Assembly (NCBI GenBank): GCA_950097015.1 | Contig: CATNEN010000038.1 | Coordinates: 25,482,001 to 25,546,000 of the forward strand | DNA length: 64,000 nucleotides | Direction of reading: 5' to 3' | DNA from: Macrostomum hystrix | Lineage: Eukaryota; Animalia; Platyhelminthes | Shown here: positions 14,169-26,938 of the stretch, piece by piece | Position numbering within the stretch: the stretch's first letter is position 1 | How the letters are laid out: the number at the start of each line of letters is the position of its first letter | Position numbers and translations under genes: made by a program | The notes under the pieces: model-generated | What the model was told of the DNA's origin: nothing | What the model saw: only the letters and a program-made list of their open reading frames with translations | Databases searched by the model: none

Positions 14169-14717
14169 TCAAACGCTCTTCTTATATTCGATGCGTTCAA
14201 CAGAAACGTCGTCCAACAATTTGTAGACGTAGCAAACCACAGTGGCTGCTTGAATGTCCAGCAAAGCAAATGACGGCACAGATTCGCACTGGGTTGGCGA
14301 GAAGGCGCCAGTAGCGCTGCCAGGATTCAGAAAGAATCTACCATCCTTTTCGAAAGCCTCAAATCGATGCGTGTGACCGCTGATGACAATATCAGCGCCA
14401 AGTTGTCTCTGCATAGAGCTTAGAGGAGCCGGGTCGCCCCATGGTATTAGCTGATGACCGTGAGTCATACCAATTTTAAACTGACCGACAGTGACAACTT
14501 TTGTATCCGGCCATTGGGCATTGTCGTCGAATTCTCCGCGCACAATGTGCACATCTGTGGCCAGAGATTTCAAATAGTCGTACACATCTCTACTGGATAG
14601 ATTGCCAGTGCACAGAATATGCTGAATTTTGCCTGGCACTAGTAGCTTTTTAAATTTGGCCGGCAAAGCTTGAGCTCGGTAGGGTATGTGAAAGTCGCCA
14701 ATTACCAGTACCAGCAT
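14169..14717 (-). CDS. VPS29: Vacuolar protein sorting 29 (retromer subunit), 182 aa, intronless
   Basis: [15 protein letters not shown]...[16 protein letters not shown]...HIVRGEFD...[10 protein letters not shown]...SGHTH...NPGSATGAF...VERIEYKK, the canonical VPS29 sequence at full length. Confidence 0.98.
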   Translation of the reverse strand: MLVLVIGDFHIPYRAQALPAKFKKLLVPGKIQHILCTGNLSSRDVYDYLKSLATDVHIVRGEFDDNAQWPDTKVVTVGQFKIGMTHGHQLIPWGDPAPLSSMQRQLGADIVISGHTHRFEAFEKDGRFFLNPGSATGAFSPTQCESVPSFALLDIQAATVVCYVYKLLDDVSVERIEYKKSV

Positions 14718-14859
14718 GGTTAAAAGATTTTATTTAAACAAATTTAGCAAAACTTCTGATTTGATGTCCACTTTTAACTGCAGTTCTGCAATTAAATCAC
14801 AGAAAAAAGTTTAAAGAAAGTTAGTATACGCTCTCAAAAGTAACAATTGATTCCACCTG

Positions 14860-15030
14860 CCCCATTCAGTGTATCGCGCGGCTGCGTACAGCTGTACAGT
14901 CCACGGACACCCTTAATTACCCACGCTGATGGTGGTACCCACTTCACAGCTGCGTGAGCTGAAGCAAAACAAAGTTAAATGTCTTTGTAAGGGCCACATA
15001 TTGTTCCAGTGAAATCAGGAATGGACTAGC
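14860..15030 (-). mobile_element. SINE copy (5'-degenerate), related to the SINE at 46990
   Basis: Reverse complement contains tgtggcccttacaaagacatttaact and tccgtggactgtacagctgtacgcagcc, matching tgtggtcctttagagagacttaact and tccatggactgaaagttgtacgcagcc in the 46990 copy. Confidence 0.6.
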
Positions 15031-15954
15031 AACTAGCCACTAACCCCAGCTTGTCTAAAGCTATTGTGCAATAAAAAAGACAACTGTCTACTTCAACGTT
15101 GTATTCGTATTAGTTTGTTGTAGATCAAACAGGGGTCCGTTTTAACAGATAAAAAGAGTGAAATTTGAAGTCTGTGAAAATTTGCCATTATGGAAGGACT
15201 GACTCATGGCAAGAAAAGTGGAGAAACGTGCGACTTTTGCACCAACGTCTTTGAGATCACGGCCAAATTTTATAGACTTCTTTTGAGGTTTTAGGGAGTG
15301 TCACACCGATACACAGTGATAACACACCTGTGTGAGTAGGTGCTCAAAGATCAGCGGAATGGGTAGAATTTGCTCCGCGAACACTGCTGGTCATTTTATA
15401 TATTAGTTTAGTGAGTTCTGTCCTCTAACAAAATAGCTTCCAAAAACTACTGTAGATCCTTCTGTTTTTTCGGCCTTCAAACTCTGAAGGAGTGGGGGAG
15501 TGAGGCCAATTGGGCCAGTCAATGCGATCAATAAAATTTGATCCCAAACTGCCGTCAGATTAGGCGCTCTGGGAGGGCGGCAAGCGGAAGGGAGGAAGAG
15601 CGATTTGGGAGAGGCAAATGAGGGAGGCAGGAAGGGGAGCAGGAGGAAAATGGTTGAGAAGCGGAGAAAATCGAGCTGTTTATTTTTCGGGCAGAAATCC
15701 CCTAACAGAGGGGGGGGCAAACTCGCTGTCAGCGAATAATCCCAGCAATTTACCGCACAGCCAAAAAATAAGTAGCACGATATATATAAGCGGTCTAATC
15801 GACAGACTACTATTGCGGCACTAGTTTTGTGTCCGGGATTATCAACTTCTAAATTAAAGACAAAAACTGCCGAGACATATGACCAAGGAGAAGAGAATAA
15901 TGCAGTTTATTTTGATACCGTTGAAGCTCTAATGAAAGAAGCAGTAAAACAGTT

Positions 15955-16120
15955 ACAGGGGGTAGAACAGTAGATGGAGGAGAAAGATACAGTGGGGTAG
16001 AAACAGTAGATGGAGGAGAAATATACAGTGGGGTAGAAACAGTAGATGGAGGAGAAATATACAGTGGGGTAGACACGGAAAATGGAGTCGAAAATTACAG
16101 GGGTAGAAACGGTAGATTTT
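15955..16120 (+). repeat. 36-bp tandem repeat, 3-4 copies (GGGGTAGAAACAGTAGATGGAGGAGAAATATACAGT)
   Basis: Direct inspection. Confidence 0.85.
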
Positions 16121-16875
16121 AGACCGTTAATTTCGGAAGAAGATGTGCAGGTCAAAGAGATCAAGTAAAAATAGGAATTTAAAATGCAAAAAGCAAAGGG
16201 AAATGGAGCTAATGTTATAGAAGTCAGATTCTAACATATTCTCTTCCCAAAATCTGAAACAGGAAAAGCGGCAGCAGTATTCTCAGATTTACTCAGATCT
16301 TAGCCGCCGATAGGAAGGCCAAGAAAAGAAGCTGCCCCTAAAACACACACACGCACACACACACACACAACAAGAGAGATAGGGGAGGGGGTGAGGTCAA
16401 AAACGAAGCCCAATCTGCTTCCTCAGAAAGTGGAGCACATAGCTAGCTAAGGTCGTCATCAGAAAACTGGCAAATTTGGTAGAAAATGCAAAGAACCAGA
16501 CAGACAGGCAGACAGACAGGCGGACAGGCGGACAGATGGGCTAAAGCCTCACTGGGAAAGAAATACGAAACACTGTCGGAGGCTTCAGTGTAACAGTGAT
16601 AGAGAAATCGAATTGACCCGTTACTGGTTCGCTGCGGGGCTTCTAAAACAGCTCTTTTTCCCTCGACAGTTCTATTTTTCCCACACTTTCGCTCTCTCTC
16701 TCTCTCTGAATCGTTGAGACGCAGACGCGTCCCGCATACCAATTATTCCATGGTGTCTAACAATTTCCTAGCCAAGATAATATTGAGAAACTCGCGTGCC
16801 TAGAATATCAAACCTGATGGCAGTTTGATGAGGGCATCAGCAAGTTTAGAATACTTTAGAATAAAGTATTCTAAA

Positions 16876-19116
16876 GTTACAGAAGGGTTCTGGTGCTGTT
16901 ACAGAAGGGTTCTGGTACTGTTACAGTAGGGTTCTGGTGCTGTTACAGTTGGGTTCTGGTGCTGTTACAGTAGGGTTCTGGTGCTGTTACAGAAGGGTTC
17001 TGGTGCTGTTACAGAAGGGTTCTGGTGCTGTTACAGAAGGGTTCTGGTACTGTTACAGTAGGGTTCTGGTGCTGTTACAGTAGGGTTCTGGTACTGTTAC
17101 AGTAGGGTTCTGGTGCTGTTACAGTAGGGTTCTGGTACTGTTACAGAAGGGTTCTGGTGCTGTTACAGGTAGGGTTCTGGTGCTGTTACAGTAGGGTTCT
17201 GGTGCTGTTACAGTAGGGTTCTGGTGCTGTTACAGGTAGGGTTCTGGTGCTGTTACAGTAGGGTTCTGGTACTGTTACAGAATGGTTCTGGTACTGTTAC
17301 AGAAGGGTTCTGGTACTGTTACAGGTACTGTTCTGGTGCTGTTACAGTAGGGTTCTGGTGCTGTTACAGTAGGGTTCTGGTACTGTTACAGAAGGGTTCT
17401 GGTAATGTTACAGGTAGGGTTCTGGTGCTGTTACAGTAGGGTTCTGGTGCTGTTACAGAAGGGTTCTGATACTGTTACAGAAGGGTTCTGGTACTGTTAC
17501 AGAAGAGTTCTTGTGCTGTTACAGAAGGGTTCTGGTGCTGTTACAGTAGGGTTCTGGTGCTGTTACAGGTAGGGTTCTGGTGCTGTTACAGGTAGGGTTC
17601 TGGTGCTGTTACAGGTAGGGTTCTGGTGCTGTTACAGGTAGGGTTCTGGTGCTGTTACAGTAGGGTTCTGGTGCTGTTACAGTAGGGTTCTGGTGCTGTT
17701 ACAGAAGGGTTCTGGTGCTGTTACAGGTAGGGTTCTGGTGCTGTTACAGTAGGGTTCTGGTGCTGTTACAGTAGGGTTCTGGTGCTGTTACAGTAGGGTT
17801 CTGGTACTGTTACAGTAGGGTTCTGGTGCTGTTACAGAAGGGTTCTGGTGCTGTTACAGGTAGGGTTCTGGTGCTGTTACAGAAGGGTTCTGGTGCTGTT
17901 ACAGGTAGGGTTCTGGTGCTGTTACAGTAGGGTTCTGGTGCTGTTACAGTAGGGTTCTGGTGCTGTTACAGGTAGGGTTCTGGTGCTGTTACAGTAGGGT
18001 TCTGGTACTGTTACAGGTAGGGTTCTGGTGCTGTTACAGTAGGGTTCGGGTGCTGTTACAGTAGGGTTCTGGTGCTGTTACAGGTAGGGTTCTGGTGCTG
18101 TTACAGTAGGGTTCTGGTGCTGTTACAGGTAGGGTTCTGGTGCTGTTACAGGTAGGGTTCTGGTGCTGTTACAGGTAGGGTTCTGGTGCTGTTACAGGTA
18201 GGGTTCTGGTGCTGTTACAGTAGGGTTCTGGTGCTGTTACAGTAGGGTTCTGGTGCTGTTACAGTAGGGTTCTGGTGCTGTTACAGGTAGGGTTCTGGTG
18301 CTGTTACAGGTAGGGTTCTGGTGCTGTTACAGGTAGGGTTCTGGTGCTGTTACAGTAGGGTTCTGGTGCTGTTACAGTAGGGTTCTGGTGCTGTTACAGA
18401 AGGGTTCTGGTGCTGTTACAGTAGGGTTCTGGTACTGTTACAGAAGGGTTCTGGTACTGTTACAGTAGGGTTCTGGTATTGTTACAGAAGGGTTCTGGTG
18501 CTGTTACAGGTAGGGTTCTGGTGCTGTTACAGTAGGGTTCTGGTGCTGTTACAGTAGGGTTCTGGTGCTGTTACAGGTAGGGTTCTGGTGCTGTTACAGT
18601 AGGGTTCTGGTACTGTTACAGGTAGGGTTCTGGTGCTGTTACAGTAGGGTTCGGGTGCTGTTACAGTAGGGTTCTGGTGCTGTTACAGGTAGGGTTCTGG
18701 TGCTGTTACAGTAGGGTTCTGGTACTGTTACAGTAGGGTTCTGGTACTGTTACAGTAGGGTTCTGGTGCTGTTACAGAAGGGTTCTGATACTGTTACGGA
18801 AGGGTTCTGGTACTGTTACAGAAGGGTTCTGGTATGTTACAGGTAGGGTTCTGGTGCTGTTACAGTAGGGTTCTGGTGCTGTTACAGTAGGGTTCTGGTG
18901 CTGTTACAGTAGGGTTCTGGTGCTGTTACAGTAGGGTTCTGGTGCTGTTGCAGAGGGGTTCTGGTGCTGTTACAGAAGGGTTCTGGTGCTGTTGCAGAGG
19001 GGTTCTGGTGCTGTTACAGTAGGGTTCTGGTGCTGTTACAGTAGGGTTCTGGTGCTGTTACAGTAGGGTTCTGGTGCTGTTGCAGTGGGGTTCTGGTGCT
19101 GTTGCAGAGGGGTTCT
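16876..19116 (+). repeat. 22/23-bp minisatellite, ~100 copies (GGGTTCTGGTGCTGTTACAG[G]TA)
   Basis: Tandem units with AGTA/AGAA/AGGTA variants. Confidence 0.97.
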
Positions 19117-20133
19117 TTTGTTGCTATGTGGTGTTACAGTAAGGTTTTGTTTGTGATATAGTAGATTAGTTTGTAACTATACAAGGCTGTTTATAATTGT
19201 GAATTTTAATAAGTTGATTGCACTAAATCTGAGATTACATACCTTACCCTATTATATAGTTAATGAAATAAAAAAACTGAGGTCGTACTGAGTTGAAAAG
19301 AAAGTAGTCGCAAAAAATATTCGGTTTCCTGTGCAAAGAAAATTTACTTCTCAAATTTTGTAAAGACTGAGTAAAGTCAGTGTGAAAAGCTAAAATGAAA
19401 AAACAAAATAGATCAACTAGCTAGTTGAATCAGCAGCATAGCCTAGTTAGTCTAGGATTCATTGTGTAAATATTGGTACATGGATGTATTAGTGCTTACA
19501 AATCACAGTCACAAGCTAGGTGTGCGTAATAAGACCCACTTATTGGTAGCCTAGCAACGCTCTTAAGAAAAAAACACGTATTTGTAAATGTAACAACCAA
19601 AACAGTTTAGGTCTACATTGGCATTTTCGTTGATTAGTTTAACAACCAGAAAACGGGTAAGGATATGTAAAAATATAATTTAGCAATGTTAAAATACGGA
19701 CGGCAAAATTTATTCATCACAAAAGCAGCGAAAGAAGAAAATCTGTTTGAGCAAAACGATACTACTAGTAAGTAGCTAAAGTATAGAACGCTATCTAAAC
19801 AAAAAAACTGACGCACAAGCAAATGAAGGCGGCAATTTCTTTAATATTGGAAAATCAAGAGAATCGTGCAAAAAGATGGATAGAGAAATGTTTAGCATTT
19901 CGCCACTTAATTGAAGAAGAGCACACAACCACACTATACTACTTATTTGGCTAGTGTAAATAGTAAAATAAGAAACACTGGATTCAAAAGAAGTACCTAT
20001 CGCTGAAGATAAATCTTAACTACACTACTTACATATTTTGTAAGTAGTAAGTAAAACATTTTACATTCGATTTTGATTTTCCTTGAAAAAAACATAAAAC
20101 CAGTTTCAGCACACAATTGTTAGCAAAACCAAT

Positions 20134-21451
20134 TTAGAGAATTTCAACTTGGCTGTGAAACGAGGCACCTGGCCGCATGCGCCGCTGACTGCGCAGCCTA
20201 GCCGGACTATCAATCTGGGCTAGGCGCATGCTGCGCCAGCCTGACCAATTATTATTATTAGCAGCTTGCGGTGTTGGAACCAAAGGTAGAGCAGGCAGGC
20301 GAGCCCTGTTAGCGATGGCTTCGGCATCTTTAGTCGGATAATTTTCACCGGTGGAGCAGCGCAATAGAAGTCGCTGTTCAACATCGCGCGGCGCGGCTAG
20401 CTTAGCTGAAGCTGCCGAACCAGGCGCCGGGGTGACAACAATCGGGCGCGAACGCGGCACAGGACAATGGCCAGACGGGCTGTAGGTGTCCATCGGATGA
20501 AATCCGCGCCTATTTAGCGTCTCCAGGTATTCGGTGTGCATGCGGGCTCGCTCCAGACTCCATTGGGCACCATCGGAGTGTACCAGGGCTTCGATACGAT
20601 CCTGGGATTGTGTGCCGTTTGCATTTGGGATCGTTTTAAAATAGCGATAGCGACCTTTCCAAAGTAGGGATCTTTTCAAATTAGGGATCTTTTCAAAGTA
20701 GGGATCTTTTCAAAGTAGGGATCTTTTCAAAATAGGTATCTTTTCAAAATAGGGATATTTTCAAAATAGGGATCTTTTCAAAATAGGGATCTTTTCAAAT
20801 TAGGGATCTTTTCAAAATAGGTATCTTTTCAAATTAGGTATCTTTTCAAATTAGGTATCTTTTTAAAATAGGTGTAACAGCATCTTTTCAAAATAGGTAT
20901 CTTTCAAAATAGGTATCTTTTCCAAATAGGGATCTTTTCAAAAAGGAATCTTTTCAAATTAGGTATCTTCTGAAAATAGGGATCTTTTCATAATAGGATT
21001 TTTTTAAAACAAGGATCTTTTCAAAATTAGGATCTTTCCAAAATATTGATCGTTTTAAAATATAGATCTTTTTAAAAATATATATCCTTTCAATTGTATT
21101 TCTTAGAAACATTTTTTCCTTAAAAAATACTTTCGTTTTCAAGCCTACCTGCAGCGGCTGATAGACACGTCGATTCCATCTATCCGAAGCCACTCGTCGG
21201 CGCCTATTTTTGGCTAAATCGGCGTCAAACAACAAGCCGTCAGTTTTAGCAGACAGTGCCCGTTCAGTGCCCTGAATCTGATCGCAGATCTCGGCTGTTT
21301 CCAATAATTCGGCATTAGATCTGGCCTCAATGACTGTCACCATGCGTTCGCTAATCCAATTCTGCAGTTGTTCAGTGTGGCCGATGCTCTTCTGCGAGTC
21401 CACTCGCACAGACCTGGTCGAGGTGGCCGAGCTAGCACGAGAGCAAGACAT
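20134..21451 (-). CDS. FAM228: FAM228-family protein; exons 21451-21149 and 20601-20134 (256 aa)
   Basis: Phase-0 intron CAG|GTAGG...CCCAG|GAT gives ...RRRRVASDRWNRRVYQPLQDRIEALV...EYLETLNRRGFHPMDTYSP, matching the recalled FAM228 core (RRKEMLYKRW..V..PLQ..I...FL.HVNKKG..F...YDP). Confidence 0.75.
20655..21080 (+). repeat. 17-bp minisatellite (AAATAGGGATCTTTTCA) filling the FAM228 intron
   Basis: Tandem units decaying toward 21080. Confidence 0.9.
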
Positions 21452-23384
21452 GCTTTCTTTTTTCTAAGCGTTTAATATAAAGGCTGGAATGTACAGACAA
21501 GAAGTATTCATAATTAAAGGTCGCCGGTTTAATTTACCCGCTTTATTTTGCTAATAATAAAAATATTGAGCATCAAATTAAGACCATTTGAATTACTAAA
21601 ATATTACAAAATGCTATCTCAACTGTTGGCTTTACTACTATATATTGGGCTCATATATTCTATAGTCAGTAGCACATAATGTTTTAAGGTTAATTTTGAT
21701 GTCTAAATTAAAGGTAAAACTGTTTTGAGTTGGTGACTAACAGCATAAAAATCTTATAAGTAAATTTCAATATATAAAAAATGCATATCTGGTGTATCTA
21801 GTGTTTGGTAAGCACTACAATAATAAAATAAAAGAAAAAAACTATCTAAAATATTCAAATATAATTAAATTTAAACTATTTTAGTATAATAAAATAATAA
21901 TAATATATCTGGTGTCTTGTAAGCCAGCTAATATAAAATATAGTTCTCACGTGCAATATAATACTTGTTTCTATATTGGCTCCCTTATCATAAAAGCCTC
22001 AAGTATGAATTTAGACATATTTCTTATCTGGTCATTCATTTTTTCTCAATGCCTCTCTTCCAATTTAGTCTTTTTTTCAACAATGAAATATATTAGTATG
22101 AAAACACAAATTAGAAAATTAAATTATTATATACTGCCTTAAGCCTTTAGTATTTTAATAACTATAATGTTAAGTAACATATATAACAGGGCTGTCAAGA
22201 TATGCCCTAAACATTATACATTGTTCATTAAATATGCCACTAGGACTAATAGGCCTAGGCAGTAGCCATGTCCCCTTTCTAAGGAAACTTAGTCTAAGTC
22301 TTAAATTTTACACTTATTGCCACCAATTGAACTATGGGTAGCCCTTGCCTGTTATGGTAGATAAAAGTCTAAGTGAATAGAATTTAGGAAGTAGGAACCA
22401 GATTTGGCTTTTAATATGGTTTTGTTCATTAAAATTGATTTTCATTTTAACCTTGCTTTAGGATAACATGAAAAACAGGTCTTGGTTGGCTGGATGGCTT
22501 ACAGTTATTTAGGTAACAATAGGCCTGTGTTACAATTACATAGATGTTTTGGTGTCTGTTTTGGTAACATCAAAATGTTTTTTTTCAGTGACACATGCAA
22601 AAGCTGCCCTTTTACAATAAATAATTTTACAATATTTTAAACTATAAAATTTACAAATAACAGTGACAAAATTTATTTATTGAAAAGTATAATTATTTAT
22701 ATACTTACTACCCAAGTTCGAACTACACTAGGGTAGTAATGTGGGGTAATATAGCTTAAATGCTAAATATAAACTCCATTGAATTAGTGCTGATAATTCT
22801 TAGTTTTTTCTAGAATTATATAAGTATAGCCATAAAACAATGTTTTTCTGAGTAAAGCTTTTCCCAAATGGCAATTTGGCAATATCCTCTACTGGATAAT
22901 GCACTACTACCCCCATGTAGTCCAAACTTGAACTGCTTTTGTACTTATATAATCTAGAGCTATAACTATTTTTTGTTGCCTTGTGAGTCAAAAAAAGTTC
23001 AAAAATGGGGTCAAAATAATTTAGAGCAGGAATCCAAAGGATTGCCACTACATGACCTGTGAGAGTTAATGTGAAGTGTAAACTGCTTTTTTCACAACTA
23101 TGCAATACAAAAGTTTTCCATTTTACACTGGGCTGGGCAGCTAGGCTGGGTAGGCCTATATTACTTAACAATCGCTGGGCTCATCTATAACTCTGACAGA
23201 CTTTGAGTTCAACTTAAGTCCATAATAGACTTTGTTTTATTTGTTTGATGGGCAATAATATTCATATTTAGGCCCTATTATAATAATGTTTGCTAGCCTT
23301 TATATCACTATAACTATATCACGCAGTATTTTTTAATTCAGTTACTATATAGGAACCAGGCAATCAAGCATAGAATTGTTCCAT

Positions 23385-24035
23385 TAGGGTAATGTATCAT
23401 CAACCAAACAGTGTATCTTCAAAACCAAACAAGAATTTTCACTCCTTCCTTGGTCTCATGTAAGACAGAAACAAGCTATTGTGTTTCACAGAACAACTAA
23501 TTTGAAAGTTTAAGAAATTATCTACAAGCTGAGGCATGATGTGCAATGAAGCATTAAGAGGAAAGAGAGATATTGATGTTTCAGTAGAATTTTTTATTGC
23601 AAAAGCATACTTTTTAACAACATTTTTTAGTATGTACTTTAGACGAAGATTGTATGTGGTTGCTTGCCAATTAAATGACCATAAATGTAGTTATTTATAG
23701 AGCATGAAAAATGCTTTCAAATTACATAATTCATGATAGTTCACTCCTTAAAATAAGATTAAACCACTCACTCAAATTGTAAAACCGAACATCAAATTCT
23801 CCATTCAGTTTGAAGATATCTGAAAATCATTGTTTGGTATAGATGAAAAACATGAATAACTTTTTTTCTATTTGACAAAATAGCAAAAGCATATACTTTT
23901 TAGAAAGTTATAAATGTTATCTATAACTTGGCGTTTGATTTATAATCATATCTTAAATAGAAAATCTGTAGCTTAGGTTCGAAGTTAAAAAATCAATATT
24001 CTTGTTTGGTTGATGATACATTAGGCCCTACCCTA
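23385..24035. mobile_element. ~650-bp MITE-like non-autonomous element
   Basis: Left TAGGGTAATGTATCATCAACCAAACA; right TGTTTGGTTGATGATACATTA[GGCCCTA]CCCTA; a second near-identical partial copy lies at 30905. Confidence 0.75.
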
Positions 24036-25624
24036 TCTTCAAGTTTTAAGGCCAAGGTAAAACTAGCAGCTAAAAATATGTGCAGAACAAAAACAAAAAA
24101 TATATAAGAAGTTGACCATTAAATTGCCAAAATAGCCATAGGGGCCTAGACCTAAGCTCAAGAGTCAAGACTACAAAAAAGGAAGACAAAAGTCAGTAGC
24201 TAGGCCTAGACTAACTCAAAACTATTATTGTTACAAATTAATTTGCTTAATTTGGTAGGGTTGTGTGTAACATTTTATGTCTACCTATGAACTAACTGAA
24301 CTATGAATATGATAATGAAAATGGGTTTGCTGTAGTAATGCTGTAGGCCAATAGGCTATAGGCCCTAGCTATAGCTATAGTTATATATGATAGATAGTTT
24401 TATAGACAATAAAGAGTTTCTATAAGTATAAGTGGCTGCTTTGGTACATAATTTTAATTTATTAACACAAGCTTATCAGTAATATGGTCCTTTTAGATTG
24501 ATATATTTTACCACGATCATCATGCGAAATTCAATTGTAAATCACAAGCATTCAAGTAATTGAACTGGATTGTATGTTGAATCGGCATCCTTTTTCGTTG
24601 AAATAAGTTAGCTCATTTAACTTTCCGGTAAAAGTTAACTTATATAAACAAAGTAAAATTTTTATTTATATCTTTTCTTTCTCTTTAAGGACAACCAAAG
24701 CCTTTAACAGTGTGTTTTTAGGACGAAAAAAGAACTAACAAAATAGTTACGTATAGATATATTGACGTCTTCATTGCAGAAGGACGCATAGCAACGAAGT
24801 CGAGGTCTAAACGCATTGCCACATCTCTTGTTTTGTAGGTAATTTTCTAAACCTGGGTCATTGCACCACTTAATATTTTATTAAGATAAAAAATCACATG
24901 ATGTTCGTCCCGTTTGCTTATCGTCATATCTTTAAATAATTTCAAACATAGTGGAGCACGTAAATTCTGCATGGAATGCAGAAAAGAATTAGATAAATAA
25001 AAGTATTTTCTAGCTACTAGACTCAAAGAAGCAGCACAAGTTTTAAGCACTGACATGAGCTTAATGAAATGAAACATCATTGGTCCAGTGTATATTATTA
25101 TAATATTTCAAACCACGCAAAGTATGCACCAAATACAAGCACAAGCGACAAAAACAAATCAATGAGACATAAGAAAGTATTACTAAAAGCAGCACGAATA
25201 GAAGTCGGTGTACAAACATTCGGCATACGCTATGCATGTAGTAGAGGGCAGTCTATTCCTTAGTGGATTACGAAATCGGCTGCTATAATGGGGTAAAGCA
25301 ATTTCATTTTATAAACCAGATTTTAAAAAACTAACAGCGAAACATTACGTATTTTGAATTTATAGGCATGCAATCTATTTGCTTGTATAAAATTGATATA
25401 GAAGTGGAAACGAAATTTCTCGTTAAAAAAATAACATTTTACCACAAACTAGTTAGTTGGCAGGTTAATCAAGACACTCTGTTCTAGTACATTTTCTGAA
25501 GCAGAAAGAAACCAATTAAGGCGAAAGACAAATTAAAATTCACTAAAATTCATCAGACTGAGCTGAAAAACAATAAGCTTCTTTTACCTGCATTTTTCAC
25601 AGCAAAACAGAAACCTGTTTTAGA

Positions 25625-26867
25625 CAGACCCAATATGCAACCTGTGTCAGACACAGACCCAATATGCAATCTGTGTCAGACACAGACCCAATATGCAACC
25701 TGTGTCAGTCAGTCACAGACCCAATATGCAACTTGTGTCAGTCAGACACAGACCCAATATGCAACCTGTGTCAGTCAGACACAGACCCAATATGCAACCT
25801 GTGTCAGTCAGACACAGACCCAATATGCAACCTGTGTCAGTCAGTCACAGACCCAATATGCAACCTGTGTCAGTCAGACACAGACCCAATATGCAACCTG
25901 TGTCAGTCAGACACAGACCCAATATGCAACCTGTGTCAGTCAGACACAGACCCAATATGCAACCTGTGTCAGTCAGTCACAGACCCAATATGCAACCTGT
26001 GTCAGTCAGTCACAGACCCAATATGCAACCTGTGTCAGTCAGTCACAGACCCAATATGCAACCTGTGTCAGTCAGTCACAGGCCGAATATGCAACCTGTG
26101 TCAGTCAGCCACAGACCCAATATGCAACCTGTGTCAGTCAGACACAGACCCAATATGCAACCTGTGTCAGTCAGTCACAGACCCAATATGCAACCTGTGT
26201 CAGTCAGTCACAGACCCAATATGCAACCGGTGTCAGTCAGTCACAGACCCAATATGCAACCTGTGTCAGTCAGTCACAGGCCGAATATGCAACCTGTGTC
26301 AGTCAGTCACAGACCCAATATGCAACCTGTGTCAGTCAGTCACAGACCCAATATGCAACCTGTGTCAGTCAGTCACAGACCCAATATGCAACCTGTGTCA
26401 GTCAGTCACAGACCCAATATGCAACCTGTGTCAGTCAGTCACAGACCCAATATGCAACCTGTGTCAGTCAGTCACAGGCCGAATATGCAACCTGTGTCAG
26501 TCAGCCACAGACCCAATATGCAACCTGTGTCAGTCAGTCACAGGCCGAATATGCAACCTGTGTCAGTCAGTCACAGGCCGAATATGCAACCTGTGTCAGT
26601 CAGTCACAGACCCAATATGCAACCTGTGTCAGTCAGCCACAGACCCAATATGCAACCTGTGTCAGACACAGGCCCAATATGCAACCTGTGTCAGTCAGCC
26701 ACAGACCCAATATGCAACCTGTGTCAGTCAGTCACAGACCCAATATGCAACCTGTGTCAGTCAGTCACAGGCCGAATATGCAACCTGTGTCAGTCAGTCA
26801 CAGACCCAATATGCAACCTGTGTCAGTCAGTCACAGACCCAATATGCAACCTGTGTCAGTCAGCCAC
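25625..26867 (+). repeat. 33-bp minisatellite (ACAGACCCAATATGCAACCTGTGTCAGTCAGTC), ~38 copies, some 29-bp variants
   Basis: Tandem units, stop-free in all three + frames, which explains the three parallel ORFs. Confidence 0.95.
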
Positions 26868-26938
26868 ATGCATACACAAGTGTAACACTGATGCACCAGT
26901 TTAGCTAAATGGGCTCTACTGTTAGACAGACAGACTGC

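Noticed and set aside
16876-19116. Telomere-like array (TAGGG in the unit)
   Set aside because: A 22/23-bp interstitial unit, not (TTAGGG)n.
25635-26908. Three parallel ~410-aa ORFs, including a CxxC repeat (DPICNLCQSVT)
   Set aside because: A stop-free 33-bp minisatellite; frames swap at the 29-bp variants, and there is no unique coding flank.
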